Below are positions 14,273-26,540 of a stretch of DNA of 64,000 nt, one piece after another. Source of the stretch: Octopus vulgaris (taxonomy: Eukaryota); assembly GCA_951406725.2 (NCBI GenBank), contig OX597822.1:89714001-89778000 (forward strand), in the 5' to 3' direction. Made by a program: the position numbers and the translations under genes. The stretch's first letter is position 1, and each line of letters begins with the position of its first letter. Below the pieces are notes generated by a model. It saw only the letters and a list, made by a program, of their open reading frames with translations. It was not told where the DNA came from and did no database searches.

Positions 14273-14630
14273 GATCAGCATAAAATAATAAAATAAAAAT
14301 AAAATGCCTTACTCAATGAACATCCATGAAAATTGTAACATCATTAACATTGATGAGCTGACCGAAAGAAACTGTGTCGTATTTGTATTAATATGATGAA
14401 TATTGAAAGTGCAGTTAACTTTCTTGCATTGTTAAAATCAATTCATACTTCATCAGTATCCTGTAATGAACCAATGCATTTGCGAATCATATCACATGTT
14501 TAGATGGTAGAGTTTGGAGATACTATCGAAGTATTAGACAATATGGGCCTAACATGCCTGTGCCAAAACATCTCATACTCTGCAGATGTCTGCCAGACAG
14601 ATAATAAATCATGGGGTGCTTGCAGAACAG

Positions 14631-16690
14631 TTTTTTTTTTTTTTTTAATTTTTTATCTAGTTTCAGCTCACAAGCTGTGGCCATGCTGGGGCACCGCCAT
14701 TTGGTGTTGCTACATGATTTTATTTCACGAATGCTTTTCAGCAATTGCCATTTGGTGCATAAGAGAGTTCGATGCAGCTGCCCTCATCTGCACCTCCTGC
14801 CGTGAAGTTGGTTCATCTGGGATACCTGACAAGAAGTGATCCAGTTTTATTTTAAAGACATCTGCATCCACCCCATGCAGGTCTCTTAGGTTCTTCGGGA
14901 GGATATTGAAGAGCTGTGGGCCTCGGAAGCCCAGGCTATCACAGTATCTTGTCCTACATCTTGATGGCAAATTTGGAGTCCTTGGCACTATGCAGTGGCG
15001 CCCAGTTCTGGCATTTGTGTAACTCTTGATGCCAAAGTTTGGGACAAGCCCTTCTAGGATCTTCCAAATGTATATTATGGCATATCTTTCTCACCTACGC
15101 TCTAAGGAATAGAGTCTCAATCTCTTGAGTCTTTCCCAATAGCTTATATGCTGCACAGAGGCTATCTTCTTCGTGTAGCTTCGTTGGATCGCCTCAAGTT
15201 CTGTGATTAACTTGACACTGGATGGTGACCATAGCTGAGAGCAATAGTCAAAGTGGCTTAGGACAAGCGTCCTCCAGAGGACCATCATGGTTTCCTGGTC
15301 TCTTGTTCTAAAGGTTCTAAGAATCCATCCAGTCAGCCGCCTACATTTCATTGCTAATTTAGCAACATGCACATGAAAGGTTGCATCATCACTCATGTAA
15401 ATACCCAGGTCCCGCACTGATTGTGCTTCTGGGATTGCAATCCCTCCAGGTCCAGTGTATTTATTGGGTATTGCATTTAGTTTTGCATGCTGATAGCATA
15501 AAGCTTGAAACTTTTCAGCATTGAACTGCATGCTATTCTTTTCAGCCCACTTGTATATTTTGTCCAGCTCACATTGCAGGTGCTTAGTGTCTTCAGGGTT
15601 CTGTATTGCCTGTGAAACTTTTGTATCATCTGCATAACTTGTGATCGTGGCTCTCTGCATGGCTGAGGGCATGTCTGAGAGGGCCATTATGAACAGTAGT
15701 GGTCCCAAAACAGTGCCTTGCGGAACACCGCTCACTATTTGCATGTTAATGGAAGTGGACCATTGGCTTCTACCACCTAACTTCTATCCTTCAGAAAGTC
15801 ATGAAGCCATTCTCCCAATTTTCCAACTATGCCAAGATCATGCAGTTTATGACATACCATTCTATGATCGACTTTATAAAACGCCTTTGCAAAGTGGAGA
15901 TATATGACTTCCACATTTGAGTGGTTGAGCAGTCGTTTCAGCACCCAGTCATAGTGTTGTAGGAGCTGAGTTAAGCAGCTTCTTCCTGGTCGGAAACCAT
16001 GTTGGGTGTCAGGCAGCAAGTCATTTTTTTCAAGGAAGGTGATTAGTTTCCTTCTGACTATTCGTTCCATGACCTTGCTGATGTGTGAGGTCAGAGAGAT
16101 AGCTGTTTCTTTGGCATACCCGTAGAAAGCTCTGGAGTTAGATTTTATGTTGTCTATAGCCCAGGCTTCTTTGTCTGCTCTTTCTTTTCATGGGAGAGTT
16201 GCAGACATTTTTCAATTTCCAACAGTTTTATTTTCAGGCGGGACTTTTCACTGCTTTCAATTTGTTTGTTTAGGCGATTTGAAACTTTTGTATGCCGTCT
16301 CATTAGAATTTTCCTCTCTCTGGGGATTTTGCTCTTGTGTACTGTGGCCTTTCTCTCTGGGACACATTTGTAGCATATGGCTTGCATTACAGACATGAAT
16401 TGTTGAAGTTTCATGTCGATATCTGGCGAGGAGAGACATTCAGGCCAGTTTTGTTTGAGGATCTCTTTCTCAATTTGTTTCCAGTTTGCCTTAAGGAAGT
16501 TCAAGCAGGAAAAATTCTGAGAGTTTCTTGTAGGCTGCATGTCCATGCTTTCCTTTGGCCTGTACATGGTCAGCACTACCATGTTGTGATCTAAGAGTAG
16601 TGTCGGTGTCACTTTCACATTATGGATGAGATCCATATTATTTGTGAAGCAGAGATCCAGTATGTTACCTGCCCTGGTTGGTTGGAGTAT
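14631..16690 (-). mobile_element. CR1/L2-group LINE ORF2 remnant with 3' tail
   Basis: PTR.GN.LDL...LDHNMV (end of APE endonuclease), QHGFRPGRSCLTQL, FAKAF, SGVPQGTVLGPLLF, YADD, VRDLGI, DYCSQLWSP, LYSLERR; A-rich tail at about 14631-14655. Confidence 0.9.
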
Positions 16691-18798
16691 TTAAACAATA
16701 GTGCATCCATTCATTCTTAATACATCTTGTCAGACTCAAACATGAATATTTGGTCGCTTTAGGCAATGTTTTTTCATAACACTTACAATTCACCTATGTA
16801 AGGGAACTTGGAAACACTGGTATTTCAATCTTGTTTGTGTCTCCTCAACCAAAGCTACTCCATTAGACCAATAAACTTCAGAGGCACATGCACCTAGCTC
16901 CATGAATTATTATTTGTTTGATAAACGTTTGCATGCATCAGCAAATAATTTGTTCCCTGATTCCTTTAAACAAGAGCTCATGCTCTTATGAGATTCATTG
17001 TTCTTGTGAGGTAGCTTTGCTTGAGGAGACATACAATGAAGCCCAAACACCACAGTGGTTCGAAGACCTTTTGCACTGATGAACTCATGAATCACATGCT
17101 ATCAACACACAATGCCTAAAGGGAGATATTTTTGGTTGTAAAGAGCAATGATCTGATGTTAACATTCGAATTTTCAAGAAAGTGTAGGAGTCAGGAAAGC
17201 TATATTAGTTGTTGCAGTATAGCATGGTTGTGCTATGGCATACTCCAGCCAATCAGAGATGGGTGCATATTAATACCAAAAGCAGTTATTTGCCCTATAG
17301 GTAAGCGCACACTTTTTAACAGTCAGTGGAAGAACATGAAACGAACAACATCGGTTCTCCAAAAGATGGGACCAGCCCTTTTGTATTTCTCACCAACTTA
17401 GTGCCACAAACTTCTAAATCATATTCTCTCAACGCTGACCAGATCATGGACATCCTATTTTGTTTTTGTTAACTTTGCCTTGCAAGCACCTTTTCAGTTA
17501 GTCTGTATCAACACAACGCTACCTATATCATGAGTGGTTTATTTACCATCTCTACTAGCCTTTAACAGCTTTCAACTGAATCCATTCTTCAACTGTAAGT
17601 TTTAACACTTTTCTCCGACTCCTACACATACACCCGCTTCGCTTGTCACTTGTCAGCTCTCATTGCTATATTAATAAAATTACAATGTTTTGCTTAAAAT
17701 CTACCTTCTGATATTCATTTACATATGCTTCTCTAAAGCGCTTTTACTGGACTTTTCCACAAACATTTTCATACTTTAAATTAGTGACCACTCACACTAA
17801 ATTGGTTACTTTTTACACTGCAAAATGATTACATTGTTGACTTACCCAAAATGTATTAAGAATGGATATGTTATTGTATGGATTCTCCCTGTTTTATGAA
17901 AAACCCATGAATTAAATCGAAAGTATTTTACAAAAAAAAAAAATCTATTTCTGCAATTACCATTTTGCTACATCAGGCTTGTATCACTTTTATTTCATTT
18001 TAAAAACATACTTTTCACTTTCGTTTCACTGCCAAGTTTCTGGCAAATGACGATTTCTGTCGTCTTCGGAGGCTTCACTTTTGATATCATAAAACGAAAC
18101 TTCATTAATTTTGATGATTGCAGGGTGTAATTTGAAGGAGATTTGGTTGTTACTTCTAGTAGCTAGAGTGACCGCATATAAGCTTCATCGTTCATTCGAC
18201 TTGTCAAAGCATTGGTTAGATTTATTTTTTATTGCATAAATGTTACTTTTTGTATTTTATTCACTATTATCATTGAACCTTAGACAAAATGAAAGCGTTT
18301 CCAAGGAAAACAGCTCGGAAGACGTACTAAAAGAACCGTAACAATCTGAGCGGCTGATTCTTATGGATGGCCATAAATCACCCATTTAGACTAGCATGAT
18401 GGCTCAGTGTGAGAGGGAGTTACGATGCCAGACAATAGGTTTGAAAAGAAATCTATCAAAGTGCAACACATCGGGAGACAAATCCTGACAGCGATTTTAC
18501 CAGGTTACTACTGGAGAAAGTATTTTTGTAAGGTGCATCCTATATAAGCGAGTTGTAGCTTTGGAAGATTGTGCTAAAATTTATTGTCTTTTCGACATCC
18601 GTATTTCTAAACGTATGCCGATTTATTTCCCATAAGACAAATCTAGGCGACTTTACAAAGATGCGCAATAAGTTTTTGTAATCGAAAATTTTGCATTTTC
18701 TGAAATTTATTAGCTATATTAGCAGTTATAATTACATTGATTCGATGTAAGACAATTACATATAAAAATTATAAAACGCAATTTCTATAACCCGAAAC

Positions 18799-18875
18799 TA
18801 TAAATAGACGGAAGTTATGGTTAATACAATTAGCCAATCAAAAACAAGTACCGAAATTTAAAATTCGAGTCGAAG
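18799..18875 (+). promoter_or_regulatory. Candidate shugoshin core promoter (ETS, CCAAT, CHR-like motifs)
   Basis: ACGGAAGT 18808-18815, AGCCAATCA 18832-18840 and TTTAAA 18857-18862 lie just upstream of ATG 18876 in a locally CpG-richer zone. Confidence 0.5.
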
Positions 18876-18926
18876 ATGGATGCTGATAAAGACGTGCTTA
18901 GGAAAGAGTCACTTACATCGAAAAAG
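18876..18926 (+). CDS. SGO1: Shugoshin candidate exon 1 (MDADKDVLRKESLTSKK)
   Basis: ATG in aagATGg context, open to AAG|gtgaga donor; phase 0 matches exon 2. Could instead be a 5'UTR exon or unrelated, since exon 2 starts with its own ATG. Confidence 0.55.
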
Positions 18927-19557
18927 GTGAGAGATATGCTTAACTTTCAGAAAAGTTATTTGTTTCTCTACTGTTTAGTGCTTTCTGACTTTGTTTCTTC
19001 ATAATATTAGTAAGGCATATATAAAAAAAAAAGAAGCTATCTTATAACTCGGAGCGAAAGTATTGTGCATGATATCCTGCAAGATGACTCATTCCTTTTA
19101 TTTGGCAACGTTAAGTCGTGCAATGATCAGGAGAAAGTTATGAAATGCTTGTACGGAAATCAAATATAATTCTCGCCATTATTGTGTTTCGTTTTCCTAC
19201 ATCGTTTTGATTTAGCGGTCGTCTTTAATGATGTATCGAGTTCCATATCTACCTATCCGTCTGGATCAGTCCAGCAGTCTTGTCTGTGTCTTTTTATGTA
19301 TTTGTTACATACCTCTATATATCTGCTTGTATGTCTGTCTGTCTTTTTATGTATTTGTCCATTACATATCTTTATATCTGCTTATGTGTCTGGCTTTCTA
19401 CCTGCCCTTCTCTTTGCATATCTATTTGTCTATCTACATATATCTGTAGGCAACGCTAACTGAAACATTCGCAAGTCTACAAAATATTCGTTGGGAGCCA
19501 ATGACAGTTATCTCCATTATTTACAATTGACGGATATTTGTCCTCATCTTCTTTATT

Positions 19558-19602
19558 AACACAACGTTTCGGCTGATATACCCTCCATCTTCATTAGGTG
19601 TC
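19558..19602 (-). ncRNA. Decayed minimal type-I hammerhead ribozyme (Penelope-type)
   Basis: Minus strand reads GACAC-CUAAUGA-AGAUGG-AGGGUAUA-UCAGCC-GAAA-CG-UU-GUGUU: stem I GACAC/GUGUU, core CUGAUGA with one mismatch, GAAA, palindromic AACGUU in place of helix III; stem II is damaged. Confidence 0.55.
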
Positions 19603-19879
19603 TTGGGGAAATTTCCGAACCAAAATAAAGGATTTGCAGCATATTAGGGTAAGGAGATCAGAGTACTTGATTCGGTTAAACTAACGCGTTTAACCCGGTC
19701 ATAAAAACAAAAAACAAACGAAAAAAAAAATAGTGTAATAGGTGTAAAACAACTTCCTCTAAACGAATATGAAAAAAAAAAAAAAATGCGCGCTCGCGAA
19801 AGGGGTGGGGGTGAGGCCTCGGAAAATTCATATCGTGAATTTTCGAAAGTGTCTGACCCGGGCACAAAAATAAACAAAA

Positions 19880-20305
19880 AAAATAGGGCGAAGTTTCGTT
19901 TGTCGTAGCACACGTTTCCGTCGATTTCCGTAAAAAACTTTTATTTTTTTACATATGGCTTTGCGGGAATATTTGAAGTAATGAGAGAGAAAGCGATTGT
20001 ATGACGAGGGAAGTTCTTTTGAAGTTACCGTGCATGGGAAGCATTGATGTACATGTGTGTGTGTGTTTGATGGGGTGTGGGAGACAGACAGTATGTTGTG
20101 TAAGTGAAGTGCTTCTGTTAGTGTGTGTGAAGAGACAGAGAGAGTAATGTGTGAAAGAGAGAGATAACTGAAATTTTTACTCGGTGTATGTGTATATGTA
20201 TGTATATTACTTCAAAAGTTCCCGCAAGCCCATATGTAAAAAAAAATTTTTTTTACGGAAATCGACGGAAAGGTCTACTAGAGACGAAAGATCGCCCGCA
20301 TTTTT
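19880..20305. mobile_element. MITE with long (~100 bp) terminal inverted repeats
   Basis: tttccgtcgatttccgtaaaaaa...tacatatggctttgcgggaatatttgaagtaat is inverted to attacttcaaaagttcccgcaagcccatatgtaaaa...tttacggaaatcgacggaaa. Confidence 0.75.
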
Positions 20306-20854
20306 CTTTTTTTTTCTGCTGACTTGTATTATATAGTCTTTAACTCAATTCAGCAGTGCCAAACCAAAAGTATAGAAACTATTATTTCACTTCAATGGTG
20401 TTGGTTAATGTATTGATATTGATAAATTCACCACACACACACACACACACATTCAACTCCATAATAATAATAATAATAATAACAGCAGCAGCAGATACTA
20501 AAGATGGTGCTATGGCCTTTTCTTTGATAATATCTTTCTTGCTTATTTAAATTCAGTTCAATGCACACTTGCCTTGAACCAACCATTTCTCTTTGTGTGT
20601 GTTTCAAGAAGTTTTACACCATTTACACCTTTTTTTTTTCCTTTTTTCCGGCCCGTATCAAACACTATAGTTTAAAGGCCATGGACTGAAGATGTGAATT
20701 TTCCGAGTCCTCTCCCCCACCCCATTTAGCAGATTCGTATTCTCCTTTACCGAAAACGGAGGTTTGTATCGAAAAAAAACCAAACAAAAACATAAAAGTG
20801 GGAGTTTGTGGAGTACAAAAGAAAGTCTTGCACATGCTATTAGATATATATCTC

Positions 20855-21220
20855 TCTATATATAAAGCTGAAGTTGTCTGTGTATGGCAGGTTTGGTAGC
20901 CTTCAACTAACACTATCTCCTCTGAGACCCTGCAGCGCAAGTTGACCAAAATTGAGAGTATGATAGAAGGCTTGCTCTTCCTTCCATAGAAGAAAAAATT
21001 CAAATTAGACCATGTTAACACCAAAAATTATTTACAAGGTGCTTTTTTTTTCTATGAAAATCCCTATTTATTACGATTTTTTTACTGCTGTGTCGCAATT
21101 TTTCGGTGTATTTCAACCAGAAAATTGTTCACTTAAAGAGAATAACAAGCTACATAATGCAAAATTTTTACGTTTCAAAAATTCGAAACAAACCTGAGCA
21201 ACGCCGGGCAATACTGCTAG
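20855..21220 (+). mobile_element. Non-autonomous Helitron-like element
   Basis: Starts TCtatatataaagctgaag, ends cctgagcaacgccgggcaatactgCTAG|T; inverted sister copy at 4675-5062. Confidence 0.8.
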
Positions 21221-21258
21221 TGTATATATATATATATGTATGTATGTATGTATGTATA

Positions 21259-22520
21259 CTAGCAGAGATACCCGGCGTTGCTCGTGTTACATACAGATGA
21301 AGAATTAGACTTTCTCTTATATGTTCTCTAATGAACTGGAATATGTATGTTTCGAATTTCATCAAAATTGCAGATGAGGGTTATTTACACACCCCACAAA
21401 AAATTGTAATCGTGCCACATGTATCCCTGATTTTTTTTGCGCATATTCCAAAATTCCAGTCTTATTGAATCTGTTAAAAAGATTTTGCTCCTGAAAAATG
21501 AAGGTCATGGAGCTCTAAAATGTGATAGTTAAGGCCCCTGTTGGGGGTGGGCATCTTAATGTCAACCAGAGAGTTGAATTGTTGAGAATCTTTTTAACTT
21601 GGGTCTTAAATCTATTGTTTGAATTTCTTTGAAATAGGAAATATATGTTCACTGGGTTTGTAAAAGAGTGCAAAGCTACAGGAAACCAAAAGACGAATGA
21701 CCACAATAAGCAGTCAGTTACCTTACCCTAGTCGTTACCACTCCCAATGTAGGATTCTTCACCATCCAGGTGACAGGCACAGCTGTAAGATGCATTACAA
21801 ATCTATAGCAATTGGAAGGGCGTGACTCAACTGAAATAAACATTAACAACTGTGTGACGTGAGGGCTAAGGAGAAATGAAAGTTGGAGTTTGCAAATGAC
21901 CACTATACTGATACGTAACTGGACAGAATAAATTTACAATCTATAAATGTCTTTGAATAACCAGTCACTCATCTGAGAAGGCCTTGAAATCAATGTTACC
22001 ACCTGGGGACTGTGTGACCGAGTGATAATAAAAAGACTGAAAGGAAGTCTGCAATCAAATAACTTTACTCAACACTTTGCAACTGAATCAGTGGAGGCAA
22101 AGATGCCTCTCATTTACTTGACAATTTATGCACCACATTGCAGTGTTGTACCATTGAATTAGAAATAATGCTCAACTTTTATGGTCGGGTAACCCTACAG
22201 CTTCCAAGAGCACAACTGTATTCGTTTTTGCTTAGATAAAATGACAAAATTGTGGGTGTTAAGTCCCCATGGAAGTCTTTCTATTTTGTAAGAAGATGAA
22301 ATTTGACAAATATTACTTCATTTGCGTCTAATATCTATGGTTAAGATTTCATCAACAGCAAAAACATATGAATTGTCATGGGGGTTATGGCCCTTATGCA
22401 TAGAATATAATTTCCAAATTTCATAAAGATCCATTCAGTACTTTTGACCTAGTTTTGGATCAGAAAAGAAATGACTAAAATTTGGGAGTTAAGGCTCCCA
22501 TTAGGGTGTTATATATATAT
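21259..22520 (-). mobile_element. Helitron-like element (3' end clear, 5' boundary approximate)
   Basis: Minus-strand end cacgagcaacgccgggtatctctgCTAG|T at 21259; probable 5' end at the (TA)n run near 22520. Confidence 0.5.
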
Positions 22521-22735
22521 ATATACACACATACAAGGATAAATTGACAGATACATCTGAGTGGGCAAACAAAAATATGAGACACAGCCTAGTGCTTTTT
22601 TTATGTTGAGAAGCCTGGTACTTATTCTGTTAGTTTGTTCTTGTGAAACCAGTAAGTTATGTGGATGTAAATAAATGAACAGCAGTTGTGAAGCAGTGAT
22701 GAGGGCGAAACACAGACACACACACATACACTTAC

Positions 22736-22766
<31 letters not shown>

Positions 22767-22804
22767 TGATTTGTTTCAGTTCCTGTCTATGAAATCCATA
22801 TATA

Positions 22805-23023
22805 TTGTTGTTGGCATCCTTTTTGTCTCGGGAGACAATGGAGTTGCGCATAAAATAATCTAGTCAGGCTTTTACATTTCATGTCTTAATACATCTACTG
22901 TGGCTGTGTAGTCCTATCCTGGACAAACACTCCCTCTGGCAGGTGCCGTAAATGTAGCGAAGACTTTGCCTGGCTGGTTGTAATGTCATAGTTTCTTGTT
23001 GACGTCTTGTCTTTCCATTTCTC

Positions 23024-23059
<36 letters not shown>

Positions 23060-25540
23060 CACTCCTTTGTGTTCCCTCATTTATGGTACATCGCCAATGT
23101 CCATGGTTGCTGGCAACTGCTTCCCAGTTGATAATATTGATGTTGCAGGCATTCATGCCCCTTTTGCAAACATCCTTGTATCGTAAGGACGGTTTTCCCA
23201 CAGACCTAGTGCCCTTAGCAAGCTCTCTGTAAAGTATGTCCTTGGGGATTCTGCCATTTGCCATACAGCTATCATGTCCAAGCCATCTCATACGTCTTTG
23301 TGTGAGGAGTGTAAACATGCTTGGTATTCCAGCTTGCTTGAAGACATCTTTGTTGGGGCATGATTCTGCCATTTGATGCGATGGATTTTCCGGAGGCAGC
23401 GCAGGTGAAAGATGTTTAGGCGACGCTCTTGGTGTGTGTATGGCGTCCAAGTCTCACTTTCATACAGTAGAGTGCTAAATACACATGCCTGGTAAATCTT
23501 CATTTTTGTGGTCTTGGTCAGCTTATTGTTGTCCCATGCCTGTTTGGAGAGTTGGACCATCACAGCAGCTGCCTTGCCAATGCGTATATTGAGCTCAGCA
23601 TCAAGGGATAGGTTGTAGGTGACGGTAGAGCCAAGATAGGTAAACTTCTCCACCTCCTATAGTCTGTGATCTCCAATATGTATGTTTGGGATGTCTGATG
23701 TAGCCTGACCCATGATGTTGGTCTTCTTGAGGCTGATAACTAAGCCAAAGTCGCTACAAGCTTGCTCAAAACAGTTGATGAGCCTTTGTAGGGCTTCTTC
23801 TGTATGTGATACCAGAGCATCATCATCAGCAAATAGCATCTCCTTGATCAGGACGCTTCTAATTTTGGTCTTGCCATGCAGATGCGAGAGATTGAACAGT
23901 TTCCCGTCACTTCTACTGTGCAGAAACACTCCATCATCTGATGTCTCAAAGGCATGTGACAGCAGCAGCGAGAAGATGCCAAATAATGTAGGAGCAAGGA
24001 CACAATCTTGCTTTAACCTGTTTTTTATTTGGAAGGCGGCTGATGTTGAACCATTGTGTTATATGGTGCCTTGAATATCATCATGGAAAGATTTGATGAT
24101 CCTCAGCTGCTTTGGTGGACATCCGATTTTTTGGAGCAGGATGAAGAGGACTTTTCTACTTACCAAGTCAAAGGCCTTTGTCCGATCAATGAAGGCCATA
24201 TATAATGGCATTTTCTGCTCTCTGGACTTCTCCTGAAGTTGGCGTATGGAGAATGTCATGTCAAAAGTTGATCTGCTTCTTCTAAAGCAACACTACGATT
24301 CTGGATAAATTCGAGAAGCAAGCAGTTGTAGCCTGGACAGGATAACGCGAGCAAAGGCCTTTCCAACAGTTCTTAGAAGAGATATTCCACAGTAATTGTT
24401 ACAATCACCATGGTCACCTTTGTTTTTGTAAAGCGTAATGATGTTGGCATCCCGCATATCCTGAAGGACTGTACCCTCTTCCCAGCACTGACACAGAAGC
24501 TCATGAAGGTGCCGAAGCAGGATGGTGTTTTTGCCGGTTTTGATGATCTCTAAGGGGATGCCGTCTTTTCCCGGAGCCTTGTTACTTGCTAGGGAATCAA
24601 TAGCCTTGGTGAGCTCTGCTATAGATGGCAGACTGTCAAGTTCACACGTGACTGGCAAGATCTTGACACCCTCGATTGCAGCCTCAGCTACCGAGATCTC
24701 CCATGAGTAGAGATCCTGGTAGTACCCCACCCATCTATCCATTTGCTTGCTTTAGTCCTTGATGAGATCTCCAGTAGTTGATTTCAGAGTGGCTGACTTG
24801 GTTGTGGATGGACCGAGGGCCTTCTTCAAACCGGCATACATCCCATGGGTGTTGCCACTATCAGAAGCTGACTGGATACTCTGACAGATTTTCTGCCAAT
24901 ACCTATTTGCACAGCGTCTGGCAGTCAGTTGGGTTTTATTTCTTGCCTTTCTGAGTTCTTCGAGTGACTTTGTAGAAGAATCACTCTTGTATTGCATCAG
25001 AGCTGCACACTTTGCTTCAATAACTGTTTCCAGCTCTGAGAGCCCAGCACTGAACCAATCTAAGTTTTGCCTTTCTCTCATACCGAAAGTATCTATTGAT
25101 GTAGTATACAAAGCTTCCCTGATATAATTCCACCTACTTTCAGCAGAGGAGGTTGGGCAGGTACTGAGGGCAACTTTGGTAGAAACAGCAAAACATTGTT
25201 GCAGTGTAGGGTCCGAGGTTTTGGCAGTGTTAATGCGTTGTTGGCCCATTTTCTTGGAATGATGGACTTTTTTAGACAGAACCTTCACCCTGCTTCTTAT
25301 TAGTGAATGATCTGTGTCACAATCCACGCTGTGGTAACTACGGGTCAGTTGAACAAAATTCAGAAAGGATCTTCATGTAATGATGAGATCCAGCTGATGC
25401 CAGTGGTGAGATCTTGGATGTCTCCAAGAAGCCTTGTGGGATGTCTTGTTGGCAAAGAATGTGTTGGTGATGCACAGGTTATGGTATGTACAAAATTCAA
25501 GTAGTCTCTGACCACTGTCATTCATGTTGCCAATACCAAA
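22805..25540 (-). mobile_element. RTE/BovB-like LINE, ~2.7 kb, 5'-truncated and frameshifted
   Basis: WRHPRSHHWHQLDLI..DCDTDHSLI (endonuclease), KAPGKDGIP, NYCGISLL, FID.TKAFD, KQDCVLAPTLF, LFADD, FTYLGS, LLYESETW, GRIPKDILY; (CAA)n tail at 22805; ~80-bp flanking duplication. Confidence 0.92.
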
Positions 25541-25610
25541 ACATACACTTACATATATACATACATATATATATACGATTGATTTGTTTCAGCTACTGTC
25601 TACGAAATCC

Positions 25611-25659
<49 letters not shown>

Positions 25660-25859
25660 GATAAATTGATAGATACAACTGAGTGGGCAAACAAAAATAT
25701 GAGACATTGCGTAGTGCTTTTTTATATTTTGATAAGCCTATCAGTTTCTTCTTGTGAAACCAGTAAGTTATGGGGATGTAAATAAACGAACACCAGTTGT
25801 GAAGCAGTGATGAGGGAGAAACACAAAGACACACACATAGACTTATATATATACATACA

Positions 25860-26030
25860 TATACATACAGTTGATTTCTTTCAGTTTCTGTCTACAAAAT
25901 CCACTGACAAGGCTTTGGTTGGTCTGAGGCTATAGCAGAAGACACATGCCAAGTTACCACACAGTGGGACTGAACTGAGGACCATGTGTTTTGGAACCAA
26001 GTTTGTTACCACACAGCCACACCTGCACCT
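25860..26030 (-). mobile_element. tRNA/CORE-like SINE
   Basis: Reverse complement of the family at 36472 (ggtgcaggtgtggctgtgtggtaa...agttcagtcccactg...cttggcatgtgtcttc). Confidence 0.7.
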
Positions 26031-26083
26031 ATGTATGTGTGGGTGTATGTGTGTATGGGTGTATATATGTATGCATGTATATA

Positions 26084-26121
<38 letters not shown>

Positions 26122-26540
26122 AACATACATATATACATATGTATATCTATAGAAATACATCTATATATATATACATGTATACATATACAGCTATACACAT
26201 ACATGTATACATATACATCTATATATATACATGTATATACACATCCATATACATACAATAGAGAGATGTTTTTGTTTCACTTTTAACACATAATACTGAA
26301 ATAGTGGAGAAGATATAATATTGCTAGGCAAGAAGTTAAACATTTTTTTTTTGCCCATGACACTACATGGACCCTAAGTAAGCCCCCCCCCCCCCATTCC
26401 AAACCAAAATATGGGATTTGCAGCATATTACGAGGTCAGGGTACTTGATTCCACGCAAAAAATCTGAGGTTTTTTTTTTTTTTTTTTTTTTTTAGTGAAA
26501 ATCGTGCAGGTGTTACTCTGGAAATTTACCCTCAATCGTA

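Noticed and set aside
14345-14385. Second hammerhead-like string (tgatgag...gaaac...gtc)
   Set aside because: Core is incomplete and the stems do not pair convincingly.
16690-17600. Moderately GC-rich stretch with short ORFs
   Set aside because: No recognisable motif or consistent splice structure; left unassigned.
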